DNA of 64,000 nt from Octopus sinensis. Lineage: Eukaryota. Under the pieces are notes generated by a model that saw only the letters and a program-made list of their open reading frames with translations, was not told the DNA's origin and made no database searches. Position numbers and translations under genes: made by a program. Below, piece after piece: positions 13,508 through 27,421 of the stretch. The first letter of the stretch is position 1, and each line of letters opens with the position of its first letter. The stretch is from positions 48,298,001-48,362,000 of the forward strand of contig NC_043003.1 in NCBI RefSeq assembly GCF_006345805.1. Reading direction: 5' to 3'.

Positions 13508-16500
13508 GCCTTTGCACAGCTTCTAATGCTGGAAATGTACTTATTTTTTGAGCACCTTCCAGAGTCTTTGAGTGATTCCAAGCAGTGTTGTTTTCTGCAA
13601 GTGCTCCACCCTTATTGCAAGCGTTATTTGTTCCACATACTTCTCGAGATTTTTGCCCCACTGTTCCCAGGGCTCTGACAATTATTGGTACTACTGCTAC
13701 TTTTTTCATCAACCACAACTGCTTAACTTCCCAAGCTAACCTGTCATATCTCTCAATTTTAAAATGTTTCCAACAAATTATCATTTGAAATAATAAAATT
13801 AATTTTATTTATTTAATTTTTATTTCATTTTATCTCATTCATGTATATTTTCTTCTTTTTCTTCTCTATCATTTTAGAACAATGCTATTATCAATCGTTA
13901 ATATGGCAATGCTGTGTTTATACTGGTCAATGAAAGTTATAAGGAATGGGAGTACACAGGTGAGACAATGAATATAAATAAGCACACGTCACACTAGCAT
14001 GTATACCTCACACTAGTATTCACAGTATGTATCATATTAACATGAATACTTTACACTAGCATTTGCATACATCACACTAGCATTCACATGAGTCAATCAA
14101 GCATTCACATGCATTACTCAAGCATTTGCATGCATCACTCAAGCATTTGCATGCATCACTCAAGCATTCGCAGGCATTACTCAAGCATTTGTATGCATCA
14201 CTTAAGCATTCACATGCATCAATCAAGCATTTGCATGTGTAACTCAAGCATTTGCATGCATCGCTCAAGCCTTCGCAGGCATTATTACTCAAGCATTTAC
14301 AGGCATTACTCAAGCATTCGCAGGCATTACTCAAGCATTTGCATGTGTCACTCAAACATTTGCATGCGTCACTCAAGCATTCTCATGTCGCTCAAGCATT
14401 TGCATGCATTGCTCAAGTATTCTCATGCATCATTCAAGCATTCACATGCATCACTCAGGCATTCACATTCATCAGGCTAGCCTTCACTTACATCACAATT
14501 GCATGCATACATCACACTAGTGTATGTCCATTGCACAAGCATGCACAGGCATCAACTAACATGTATACATATCATCAGATTAGTTTGCATTCATCAGATT
14601 AGCTTGACTGCTCTCATGTACACATTCACACACACAAGCATTCATGATTATTCATTCACCCTTGTTCTCATCATTCTCAGTGTTATGTCACTATTGCTGT
14701 TGCATATTCTAACATCATCACTATTGTCATCATCATTGTTATTGCCTCTCGTTGTTACTATCATTATCAAAAACACTGAGAATGATGTTGATGATGATAA
14801 TGCTGGCAACATTGATAACGACAACTATAACAAAGAAAATTATGATAACAAAAGCAATGAGAATGACATTGTAACTTTCATCCTCTTTCATTGTCACTCA
14901 CCTGCTCATCGTCCTCATTCATATTATCATCTTTATTTTTATTGTTATTGTCATTATTACCCTCACTATCATCATCATCATCACCATCATCATCTTTATC
15001 CTCATTGTTATCATCATCAGTTTGATATCTTTATTCTTCTCTTTCAGTGCTGGGAAACCTTCATCAGCCAAGAAATATACCGCTTAGTGGTAGTTGATTT
15101 CTTCTTCACCATTCTCTACACTTTAGTCTTCGAGGTAACCTGGTTGTAAGTTTTACCTTTCCACTGCAAAGTTAACATTTTCTTTTGCCTAGGATTTTTA
15201 GGCTTTTATTGATTCCAGCAAGTAAAATGGGTTATTGTGGAGGGAAGCAGGGTTTTTCATCAGTGATACTGCAGCCTTTATTCTGGTTTGAGTGTGAAAT
15301 AAAGAATTTGATACAGAACTTTGTTTTGCTAAAGGATATCTAAGTATTATGGACATTTTGAACACTGAAAATATGGCAACTTGATGATTGGCATCCGTGC
15401 TAGTGGAGCGCTAAGAGTACCATATGAGTGAGATCGTTGCCAGAGCAACAAGCTGGCCTCTGTGCCGATGGCACGTTAAAAACACCATTCAAGCGTGATC
15501 TTTACCTGTGTTGCCTTACTAGTACTTGTGCTGGTGGCACATGAAAACAAACATTTGAGTGAGGGTGTTGCCAGTGCCGCTGGACTGGCTCCTGTGCAGG
15601 TGGCACATAAAAAGCACCATTTGAGCATGGCCATTGCCAGTACTACTTAACTGGCCCATGTGCCGGTGGCACATAAAAGCACCCACTACACTCTTGGAGT
15701 GGTTGGCATTAGGAAGAGCATCCAGCTGTAGAAACTCTGCCAGATCAGATTGGAGTCTGGCGCAGCCATCTGGTTTGCCAGGCCTCAGTCAAATCGTCCA
15801 ACCCATGCTAGCATGGAAAGCGGACATTAAAAAATGATGATGATGATGTGTGTGTGTGTGTGTATGATGATGATAATGACGACGACAACGATGTTGTTGT
15901 TGTTGTTGTTGTTCAATAATACAAGCTGTAGTCATATAGCTTTGATAAGAATAGGATGATGTTGAATTCCTCAACACCCTTCTCTCTCTCTCTAAGATTT
16001 TAATGGATCAAATATGGAATTGGTTAAATGTGCATAAATGTTGCATTGCAGCATTTGGCGGTATGCTAATCAATTTGAAATATATATAGCTCCTTAATCA
16101 TGAATAAATCTCCATTCTTTTATGTGTGTGTGTATGTCTAATGATTCTGCGTGTTCACCACCATAATAATGATAATGATAATATAATAATAATAATAATA
16201 ATACCCTTTCTACTGGAGGCACAAGGCCTCAAATTTTGTGGGAAGGGACTAGTCGATTACATTGACCTCAATTTTTTCACTGGTACTTAATTTATCAACC
16301 CCGAAAGGATGAAAGGCAAACTTGACCTTGGTGGAATTTGAACTCAGAACATAGCGACTGGTGAAATACTGCTAAGCATTTCGTCTGGCATGCTAATGAT
16401 TCTGCCAGCTTGCCACCCTAATGATAATAATAATCCTTTCTACTATAGGCACAAGGCCAGAAATTTGGAGGGAGCAGACTAGTTGATTACATCAACCCCA

Positions 16501-17732
16501 GTGCTTCACTAGTACTTAATTTATTGACCCTGAAAGGATGAATGGTGAAATTAACTTTGGTAGAATTTGAACTCAGAACACAAAGACAGATGAAATGCCG
16601 CTAAACATTTCACCTGTCATACTAACAATTCTGCCAGCTCACTGCTTTAATGATAATGATAATAATAATCAATTCTTTTATTAGCCACAAGGGCTGACAT
16701 AAAATAACATTAAATGACATGCAACAACATAAAGGACAAAAACAGAACGATACAAAGGGTTTTAGAATGAAAGAAGCCCGTCGTATATATGTATATATAT
16801 ATGTGTGTGTGCATGTATGTTTGTGTTTGTTCCATCCAACATTGCTTGACAACTGATGCTGGTGTGTTTATGTCCCTGTCACTTAGCGGTTCAGCAAAAA
16901 GAGACCGATAGAATAAGTATTAGGCTTACAAAGAATAAGTCCCGGGGTCGAGTTGCTCAATTAAAGGCGGTGCTCCAGCATGGCCACTGTCAAATGACTG
17001 AAACAAGTAAAAGAGTAAAAGAGTAAATTAAAACTCTCAATAGGAGTGGGGTGGGGGCGCTTTAAGGTCCTCGTGGAAAAAACCCAACAAAAGCCACAGG
17101 TACCTGATTAACAGAGCAAAACCCTTTCTCCTTTAATTTTTCACAGGTGTACACTCAGTCCTTTTACACTGGCCATTCTTCCAACATTCACCTACCTTTC
17201 AACAAACTTGCTAGAAGGTAACACTTCTCTCTCTCCATCCTCAACTTCCTTTTCAAGTGAAACTTGAAAAAGTTGATGAGGGCTTGGCCAAAGAGGAAAA
17301 AGTGTAATAAATCCATATATCCACATTCACAAATTCAGAAACATTATGTTGCAATATACAGTTTGTAACCCAGTATTTGTTGTATATTTCAGCGTTTTAC
17401 ATTCTTGTCAAGCCTTATCTGCAAGCCCAAAGTTCAATATTGCTACAACAACACTAGATCTGGTTTATTCACAAGCGCTTTGTTGGTAAGAGTCAAACTT
17501 TTCTCTTTTAACAGCTTTCATTTCTCTCACTCTCCTTCTCTCTCTCCCTCTTACTTTCTCTTCCTCTCTATCTCTTACTCTCTCTCTCTCCCTCTCTACC
17601 TCTTACTTTCTCTCTATCTCTTACTTTTTTCTATAGTTCTCTAATGCTAAATTTTAAACTTTTTTCTTTCATTCTTTATTTTTCATTTTATATTTCTTTC
17701 ATTATTTCTTTTTTCTTCCTTCTTCTTTTCAT

Positions 17733-17764
<32 letters not shown>

Positions 17765-20700
17765 TATCCCTTCCTCTCTTACTTTCTCTCTATCACTCCT
17801 TTTCTCTATAGTTCTCTTTCTAACTCTCACTAACTTTTTAACTTTTTCCTTCTTTTATTTTATTTCTCTTTCTTTATTTCCTTTATTTCATTATTTTCTC
17901 TTTTTTATTTCTTTTTTCTTCCTCCCTTTCTTTATTCCTCCCTTCCTTCCTTCCATCCTTCCCTCCTTTCATCCTTCTTGCCTTCCTTCCTTCCTTCCTT
18001 TTTTTCTCAAGTTCTCTTTTTTGCCCCATCTTGCTCACTCTTTTCCTAGCTCTATATTTCTTTCTCTTATCTATCTGTATGTCAGTCTTAAATGTTTGTA
18101 TCTCTGTGTTTGTTGGTTCCCCTCCCCATACCACTTGACAACCAGTTTTAAGTTTGTTTACACCCCACCTATAACTTAACGGTCCAACAAAACGAGACCA
18201 ACACAATAAATACCAGACTTACGAAATAAGTACTGAGGCTGATTTGTTCAACTAAACCTTTCGGGATGGTGCCCCAGCATGGCCACAGTCCAATGACTGA
18301 AACTAGTCAAGAATAAAAGAATCTGTCAGCTACATAGCATCACTGACGCATTGGCAATAAATGGCTTGTCAGCCTCACCTGGACATAGTCATCATCAATA
18401 TGTATAGGTGAATGAGGATGTACATATGTGTTTGTATAGTGTATACAGGGTGGGCCAAAAGTCACAAAATAAGTTCAGTACAGTCCAGAATTGTCAAAGA
18501 CATGCTTCGGTTTTGCTAAAATTGAATGGAGTAAATAAAATGAAGTGCATCCAGCTGTGGACACTCTGCCTCAGCAACTTCTGTGTGAGCATGGATAAGA
18601 TGACATTAACCCATTACTATTTAAACTGGTCATACCTGGCCCAAATATTCTACCTGTTTTATGTTCAGATCAGTCAGATCCAACCTTTCATACCTATCCT
18701 ACATTGTCATTCTAAAACTGAATGTTCATATCATTAAAATATGAAAGCTAAGAGTTAATACATGATTAATTTAAACCAATGTGGATTAATATGCAGAACA
18801 TCTAAGAGAATAATCTGAATGCTAAAGGGTTAAAATGATGATGACTAGATGTATATAATATGTATATATTTACAGCTTTTAATAAAATGTTGTAGTATGA
18901 AACAATTGTACTAGATTACCGGATTCATTCTTGTTGCTTATTTTTTGTATATATATATATATATATAGGCGCAGGAGTGGCTGTGTGGTAAGTAGCTTGC
19001 TAACCAACCACATGGTTCCGGGTTCAGTCCTTACTGCGTGGCATCTTGGGCAAGTGTCTTCTGCTATAGCCCCGGGCCAACCAATGCCTTGTGAGTGGAT
19101 TTGGTAGACGGAAACTGAAAGAAGCCTGTCGTATATATATATGTATGTGATTGTGTGTCTGTGTTTGTCCCCCTAGCATTGCTTGACAACCGATGCTGGT
19201 GTGTTTACGTCCCTGTTACTTAGCGGTTCGGCAAAAGAGACCGATAGAATAAGTACTGGGCTTACAAAGAATAAGTCCCGGGGTCGATTTGCTCGACTAA
19301 AGGCGGTGCTCCAGCATGGCCGCAGTCAAATGACTGAAACAAGTAAAAAAAAAAAATATATAAATATATACAACGGGCTTCTTTCAGTTTCTGTCTACCA
19401 AATCCACTCACAAGGCTTTGGTCTGCCTGAGGCTATAGTAGAAGACACTTGCCCAAGGTGCCATGCAGTGGGAATGAACCCGGAACCATGTGGTTGGTAA
19501 GCAAGCTACTTACCTCACAGCCACTATATATTGAAATATTTCTACCAACAGGTTCATATTTTGAAATGTTCTAACCGAGAGTGTTATTACACAATGGGTG
19601 CATTTCCTATTATATGCTGCACAAACCTGAAATGTACATATTAAATGATTTTCAAAATGTCAGTATTTGGTTTGACATTATTATTACGACTTTATACACA
19701 CACACACATGTTAACAAATGTCACTTTACTTGCAGGCTTGGTTTATTCTATGCTCCTTTGATGCCATTGTTAATGGTCGTGAAATTATTTTTTATATTCC
19801 ACATTAAATGGGTAAGTGACATCTCTATTATTTGTATATTGTTTGTGTATCTGTATATATGTCAACAGCAATACACAATTATACAGTTTATATATAGTGA
19901 TCATCATCATAATCATTATGGTGCATTTTTTTTCTTTTTCCTTCTGATATATGCTGAATAGCTTTCATAGCATCTCATCACTCATTGCAAACTTTTTGTC
20001 TGTTGGCAGATTCACAATAACACTGAAAACAAGCTAGCCTTGTTGCTGCTGTGTATGCTTTGGTTTTTATTTTTTTAAAGGCTGGCTTTCTTTTCCATCA
20101 TCAACCTCTGTATGCATGGGTACATGTACTTTTACTTTTATTTTTACTTGTTTCAGTCATTTGACTGCGGCCATGCTGGAGCACCACCTTTAGTCGAGCA
20201 AATCGACCCCGGGAATTATTCTTTGTAAGCCTAGTACTTATTCTATCGGTCTCTTTTGCCGAACCGCTAAGTGACAGGGACATAAACACACCAGCATCGG
20301 TTGTCAAGCAATGCTAGGGGGACAAACACAGACACACAAACATATACACACACATACATACATATATATATATAAATATATACGACAGGCTTCTTTCAGT
20401 TTCCGTCTACCAAATCCACTCACAAGGCATTGGTCAGCCTGAGGCTAGAGTTGAAGACACTTGCCCAAGGTGCCACGCAGTGGGACTGAACCTGGAACCA
20501 TGTAGTTGGTAAGCAAGCTACTTACCACACAGCCACTCCTGTGCCTATACATACATGTATGTATGTTAGTTGGTCGGTGGCAGTGGTGACTAACATGTAT
20601 TCCATACTGGCATGGGTTGAGTATTTTTACAGGATTTCATAGGTTTGAAGACTACATTGTACTCCAATGTCTGCTTTGGCAGGTTTGTTAACACCTACCA

Positions 20701-23700
20701 TTTTACAATCTGTATATGCATATATATGTGGAGGCACAATGGTCCAGTGGTTAAGGCAGCGGACTCGCGGTTGGAGGATCGCGGTTTCGATTCCCAGACC
20801 TGGCATTGTGTGTGTTTATTGAACGAAAACACCTAAAAGCTCTACGAGGCTCCGGCAAGATGTGGTAGTGACCCCTGTTTTACACTTTTGTCCCAACTTT
20901 CTCTTACTCTTTCTTCCTGTTTCTTGAGTAATGCTGCGATGGACTGGCATCCCGTCCAGCAGGGGGGAACACATACACCATAGAAACCGAGAAACCAAGC
21001 CCATGAACCTGGCTAGGCTTGAAAAGGGCGCATAAATAAAAAAAAAAGGCATATATACAGGCGCAAGAGTGGCTGTGTGGTAAGTAGCTTGCTTACCAAC
21101 CACATGGTTCCAGGTTCAGTCCCACTGCGTGGCACCTTGGGCAAGCGTCTTCTACTTTAGCCTTGGGCCGACCAAAGCCTTGTGAGTGGATTTGGTACAC
21201 GGAAACTGAAAGAAGCCCATCGTATATATGTATATATATGTATATGTATGTGTGTGTTAGTTGCCCCAACATCGCTTGACAACCGATGCTGGTGTGTTTA
21301 TGTCCCCATAACTTAGCAGTTTGGAATAAAGAGTCCACTAGAATAAGTTCTAGGCTTACAAAGAATAAATCCTTGGGTCAGTTTGGTTGACTAAAGGCGG
21401 TGCTCCAGCATGGCCACAGTCAAACGACTGAAACAAGTAAAAGAGTAAAAAAGTATATATACATATAGCCCTACCTGTAATTGTTGTTGTTATGGTAATG
21501 AGTATTATGGGGGTTTTATTATTATTATCATTATAACTTAACAAAATACACAGCAGCATTTCATCCATTTTTATATTCTAAGTCAGGGTTTCCCAACCAG
21601 GGATGCTTGCATTCTTTGTGGGTGTGAGCAGGGCTGGATTTACAGGGTGTCAAAAGAGGGCAATTGCCCCGGGCACCTTTATTCTTATATAAATTATTAC
21701 TTTAAGGGGTGCGAGAATATATTAAAAGTTTTTAGGGGTGCAGGGCATAACAAAGTTTGGAAACCACTGTTCTAAGTTCAAATTCCATGAAGGTCAACTT
21801 TACCTTTCAGGGTCAATAAAATAAGTACAAGTCAAGTACTGCAGTCAATGTAATTGAGTTCTTCCTCCCTTCAAAAACTGCTGACACTGTGCCAAAATTT
21901 GAAACCATTATTATCATAACTGAGATCAGTATCTTTAGAATGGTGGGTTGACTTTTTTAGTTTCCGAAAAATAAAATGCTTTGCACTATTTGTTCAAACT
22001 CTTTACATTCTGTGCTCAGATCCTGCCATTCTTTGGGTCAGTAAAATAAAGTAGTATCCATGTACTGGTGATAGGGTGGGGGAGCAATGTTATTAATTAA
22101 TCTCTCCCCAAAATTTCTTCTTTTTTTTATATATTACTATTATTATCTTTTTTGTATTTCAGGCTAGTGTAATATGCTGTTGCAGTCCTTCTAAAATGAT
22201 CTGGAGAGCCTCACGTACACATACAATCTTTCTGGGAGTATTACTGCTGTATTTTGTACTAACAGTTGTTGCAGTTGCTATAAGTATCTATTAGTAAGTA
22301 AAAATTTGAGATTTACTGAACTCCATTCATGTGTACCTGTCAAGAATACATGTATGCTCACCTGAAACATACACGCATTCACCTGGAACAAACACAAGCT
22401 CATTTAAAACACATTTTCACCTATCCATAACATATATACATTTACTCAGAACAAATATAAACCCACATCATTGTCATTTTCACCCTCTAACCCTTTTGTT
22501 ACTGTATTTATTTTGAGATGCTCTGTGTTTCTTTTAATTACTTTAAATATAACAAAGAATTTAGTAAAATAACTTAGTTATCATTCAGCTAGTGTTAGGA
22601 ACATAAATTGTGACTAAGGTTTGGTGGAAGATTTTAATTCAAAACTAATGAAAACAAGACATTTGTACTCAGAGCCAGAGCCGGTTTCAGCCAGGCTGGT
22701 AACAAAAGGGTTAATGTCCACTCTTCCGTGTTTGCATGGGTCAAACAGAATTAGTTGAGGCTAATTTTCTATTGTTGGATGCCTTTTGTGTCACTAGCCA
22801 TCACCTGTTTCCAAGGAAGATATTTTCTCCTTTCTAGGCATCCTTTTCACTAATGTTGGGTAACAGGCTTCACTTTTATGACAGTGATTTTTATTTATAA
22901 TCATCATGGGATGGTGATACAAGGATACACACAAATATACGCACTCACAAATACATACAAATACACACATACATAGATACACACACATATATACATACAT
23001 GGCTGTTGCCAGCCTCATCTGGCCCCCCGTGCCGGTGGCACGTAAAAAGCACCATCCAATTGTGGCCGTTTGCCAGCCTCGTCTGGCACCTGTGCAGGTG
23101 GCACGTAAAAAGCATCCACTACACTCACGGAGTGGTTGGCTTTAGGAAGGGCATCAAGCTGTAGAAACACTGCCAGATCAGCCTGGGCCTAGCGCAGCCT
23201 TCTGGCTTCCCAGACCCCAGTTGAACTGTCCAACCCATGCTAGCATGGAAAACAGACGTTAAACGATGATGATGATATATATATATTTTAATATAATCTG
23301 GGTAATAAGTTTATAGTGTGCTTTCCAAAGCTCCTCTCCGGGTATCAGCTACCAAATGTAATTATATAGTAGGACTTCAGTTACTGGATATACATGTGGA
23401 AATCCACAAATATCCATAGACTATAAACAAATTTTAATATGAGAAGATGGATTAAACAGGCTTTATCTCAATCACTACAATTGTTTCAATGCATCATAAT
23501 CAGCAGATAATTGCTGAATGTTACATCCAATTGTGTTGATATTGTGTTGATATGATTCAACAATAGCTGTTGAATATGTACATATATATATATATATTAA
23601 TTTTATTAATAGTTAGGGAATATAAAAATTCCAAGCCGACAGGGAAAAAAATTCAATTTAGCACACTAAATCAAAAATTCGCAATATATTATATGTATAT

Positions 23701-24877
23701 ATACATAGAATTTAGAGATAAACTGCTCTTGTTATTGAATCAATACTGAAACGATATTATCTTTCATACCCACATAGAAATTAATTAAATATATTATAAT
23801 TGTTAATCTAATAATCACAAAACAAATCAAACATTAATTGACTACACGCGTTTCATGAATATATATATATAAATCGATAATATTAAAAGTTAATATTAAT
23901 TCAATTAAAAATATATAGCCACACTTCAGGTCAAAAATTAATAAAATAAATAACGATATTATATTAAACCATAAATATATAAATATATATATTTTAACAG
24001 TAAATATTCCAATAAATTTAAACAATATTAATGTAAAGCAAAAACATAACTTATCTTAGTGATGAAAACCAGTTAAATAAAATTTTAAACTTGAAACTAA
24101 TGATCTAGCGTTGTAAAAAAATCTATCTCATTAAACGTAATATAGTTTATTTGGTAACCAAAAGCCTACTGAATCTTTTGATACCACATATGTCAAAATC
24201 AGTAACTTGGTTTTGGAATACATAAGGAACATACACACCACACACACACACACACACACAAGCAAACTCTCTTTTATATTTATAAGATTACCTCTGCCTT
24301 AGTTAAGGCGGAGGTATTGTTTTCAGTCATGTTTGTTTGTCCGTGGACAAGATATCTCAAGAACTGCTGGATGGATTTGGATGAAACATTCAAGGATCTT
24401 TGGCCTCATAACTGGCATGAACTGATTAGATTTTGGGATTGATCTGGTACTGGACAAGGTTTCTGGATTATTTTTCTGGCTTTTTTACTTAATTCTTGAG
24501 AACGGTTGGGTTCAGTTTTAACATTCACATTTGTAAGGGCAGTCGAGTTTATTTCAGATATTCTCATTTTAAAAATCATCTCTAGCTTATCGTTGAGAGG
24601 ACATCGGTTGAGCTTTGGCAGAGGTTTGCAATCCCTGAGTGTTCTTGTTATCATTATTATTATCCTTTTTCTCTCTATCATCTTTCCTTTCAGTTCTATA
24701 TTTAAGAGATGAGGAATTATGTACATTATTTACATGATTTACATTTGACGGACATTTGTCCTCATCTTGTTTGTTGTTAACACGTTTTGGCTGATATACC
24801 CTTCAGTCTTCATCAGATGTCTTGGGGAAATTTTGAACCAGGGTTCTCATTCCAAAGGTATTTTTCGATGTTGTTGC

Positions 24878-24915
<38 letters not shown>

Positions 24916-25298
24916 TCACTGCCTGGAATCGAACTCAGAATCTTGGGGTTAGTAGCCCCGCGCTCTTAACCACTATGCTATATGCCCACAGGCATATGGC
25001 GTAGTGGGGCATATGGCATAATGGTTAAGAGCACAGCCTACTAAACCCAAGATTCCGAGTTCGATTCCAGGCAGTGACCTGAATAATAATAATAATAATA
25101 ATTATAATAATAATATAACAACAACATCGAAAAATACCTTAGGAATGAGAAGCCTGGTTCGAAATTTCCCCAAGACACCTGAAGAAGGCTGGAGGTTATA
25201 TCAGCCAAAACGTTGTGTTAACAACAAACACGATGAGTAAAAATATCTGTTAAATGTAAATAATGTATCTTTCTTTACCTCTCTATAATTTTAAACTT

Positions 25299-25329
<31 letters not shown>

Positions 25330-27388
25330 TTTCAATTATCTCTGTCTTTCTATCTGATATCCTCTCACTCTGTATTTATATTTCAGCAACAAACCAAGTG
25401 TTGCATGTGGACCATTCAGCCAAATGGATACGGCCTACGATCTTGTCTCTCTGATGGTTGAGAAATGGCAGTCTTCAAATTTATATCTCAAGAAAATCGT
25501 CAGGTTTATTTCTCAACGAGGTTTTATATTTGTAGTCCTTATTATCTTCTGGTGAGTATTGACTACCATTTCTGGCCTTCATGGTATTGACTACTATTAC
25601 TAGCCTGCATCATGGTGATGGTGATTGTGTCAGTCCTGGTAAGGACAAAGACAGTGTATACTTCATCATTCATAATTTACTCACTTTCTTCATCAACACC
25701 AGCAAAAGTAACTAGCACTACTTTTCTTTCAGCTAATTAAAAATTATCATCATTATCTCCAATATCATCATTATTGTCACCATCAACCACCTTCATTATC
25801 GTCAATTACTGCTAGCCTCATTATTGTCACTGTCAACCTTCAGCATTATCATGATGATCACTATAAGCACTATCATCATCATTAGCCCCATCATCATCCT
25901 TTATTCTTATTAATCATTAGCCATCATCATTATTGTTATCAATCTTATTCTCACCTTTATTTTCAAAAGTGTGTGTATCCATGAGAGTATTTACATCAAA
26001 AAGCTGTGTGTGTGTGTGTTTCTTTTATCTTTTACTTATTTCATTCATTAGAATATGGCCATGCTGGGGCACTGCCTTGAAGAATTTTAACTGAACAAAT
26101 CAACCCAAGTACTTATTTCTTAAGCCTGATATTTATTCTGTTAGTCTTTTTTACTGAACCATTAAGGTATGGGGATGTAAACACACCTACACCAGTTATC
26201 AAGCAGTGGTGGGTGACAAACATACAAACACACACATATATGACAGGCTTCTTTTAGTTCTTGTTTACCAAATCCACTCAAGGCTTTGGTTGGCCCAAGA
26301 CTTTGGTAGAAGACACTTACCCAAGATGTCATGCAGTGGGACTTAAAATAGGTTATCTTCACAGGAAGCACTGGAATATGTTTGATATTTGGCTGCTTAA
26401 AAATGAATATATCAAAAAACTATTCAGAATTTCTTCCATTTTCTTGGGATCAACATTCCGTCTGGAGTGTGGTGTACTCGTATATGGAGAGTCTTAGTAG
26501 TTTTATTATGTATTCAACTCTGTACATATTTCGTGGTTCTCAAAATAATGTCTAATTTACTTGAAAATTCATCTGTTGTCTTATTACAATGAGTCAACAA
26601 AGAGACCTCTATACAGTTGCTTGACATGCTAGAAACAACAGTGAAAATTTCCCTCAAATAACCTACTAACCTTCCCCCACCCCCCAAAAAAACCCATGGA
26701 AATTATACTGTGGATAACTTAGTTTTACAGTTCTATATTTAAGAGATGAATTATGTACATTATTTACATTATTTACATCTGACAGATATTTGTACTCATC
26801 TTGTTTGTTGTTAACACATTTTGGCTGATATACTCTCCAGCCTTCATCAGGTGTCTTGGGGAAATTTCGAACCTGGGTTCTCATTCCTAAGGTATTTTTC
26901 GATGTTATTATTATTATTATTATTATTATTCAGGTCACTGCCTGGAATCGAACTCAGAATCTTGGGGTTAGTAGCCTGTGCTCTTAACCACTACACCATA
27001 TGTTGAAGGCTGAAGGGTATATCAGATGAGGACAAATATCTGTCAAATGTAAATAACGAACATAGTTTTATGTCCAAATAAAAACGTGATGGCCACAGAT
27101 GGAACGTCTTTAATCATAGGTCTACTCACTTGGGACTGACATGGGGGCTAAACAAGAAAAAAAGAAAATGCTAGCAAATATTTCAAACTTGTTATAAGAT
27201 CGATAACATCAGATGCTGAATAGTATTTAGAATATATGTTCTTCTCTTTTTTATTTTTTTGATACAGTGTCATAGCATATTACAGTCATATTCTACTGAC
27301 CAGCCATCGCAAAATGGTGAAGCTTCTTAAATACCAGCTGGATCTGGTAAGGACTAATGTTTATTTTGCCTTTCAAATTGCATTACAA

Positions 27389-27421
<33 letters not shown>

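Noticed and set aside
15134-15140. GAG|GTAACC as the exon donor
   Set aside because: Phase 0 would frameshift the next exon; the GTAAGT donor 11 nt downstream restores the frame. It could at most be a minor NMD isoform.
14499-15149. 216-aa His-rich ORF as a protein
   Set aside because: Mostly (CAT)n/(GAT)n intronic low complexity; only 15048-15145 is the TMC exon
20730-20805. Genuine tRNA genes at SINE heads (also 18968, 25005, 37346)
   Set aside because: No complete cloverleaf or acceptor stem; they continue into repeat bodies and tails
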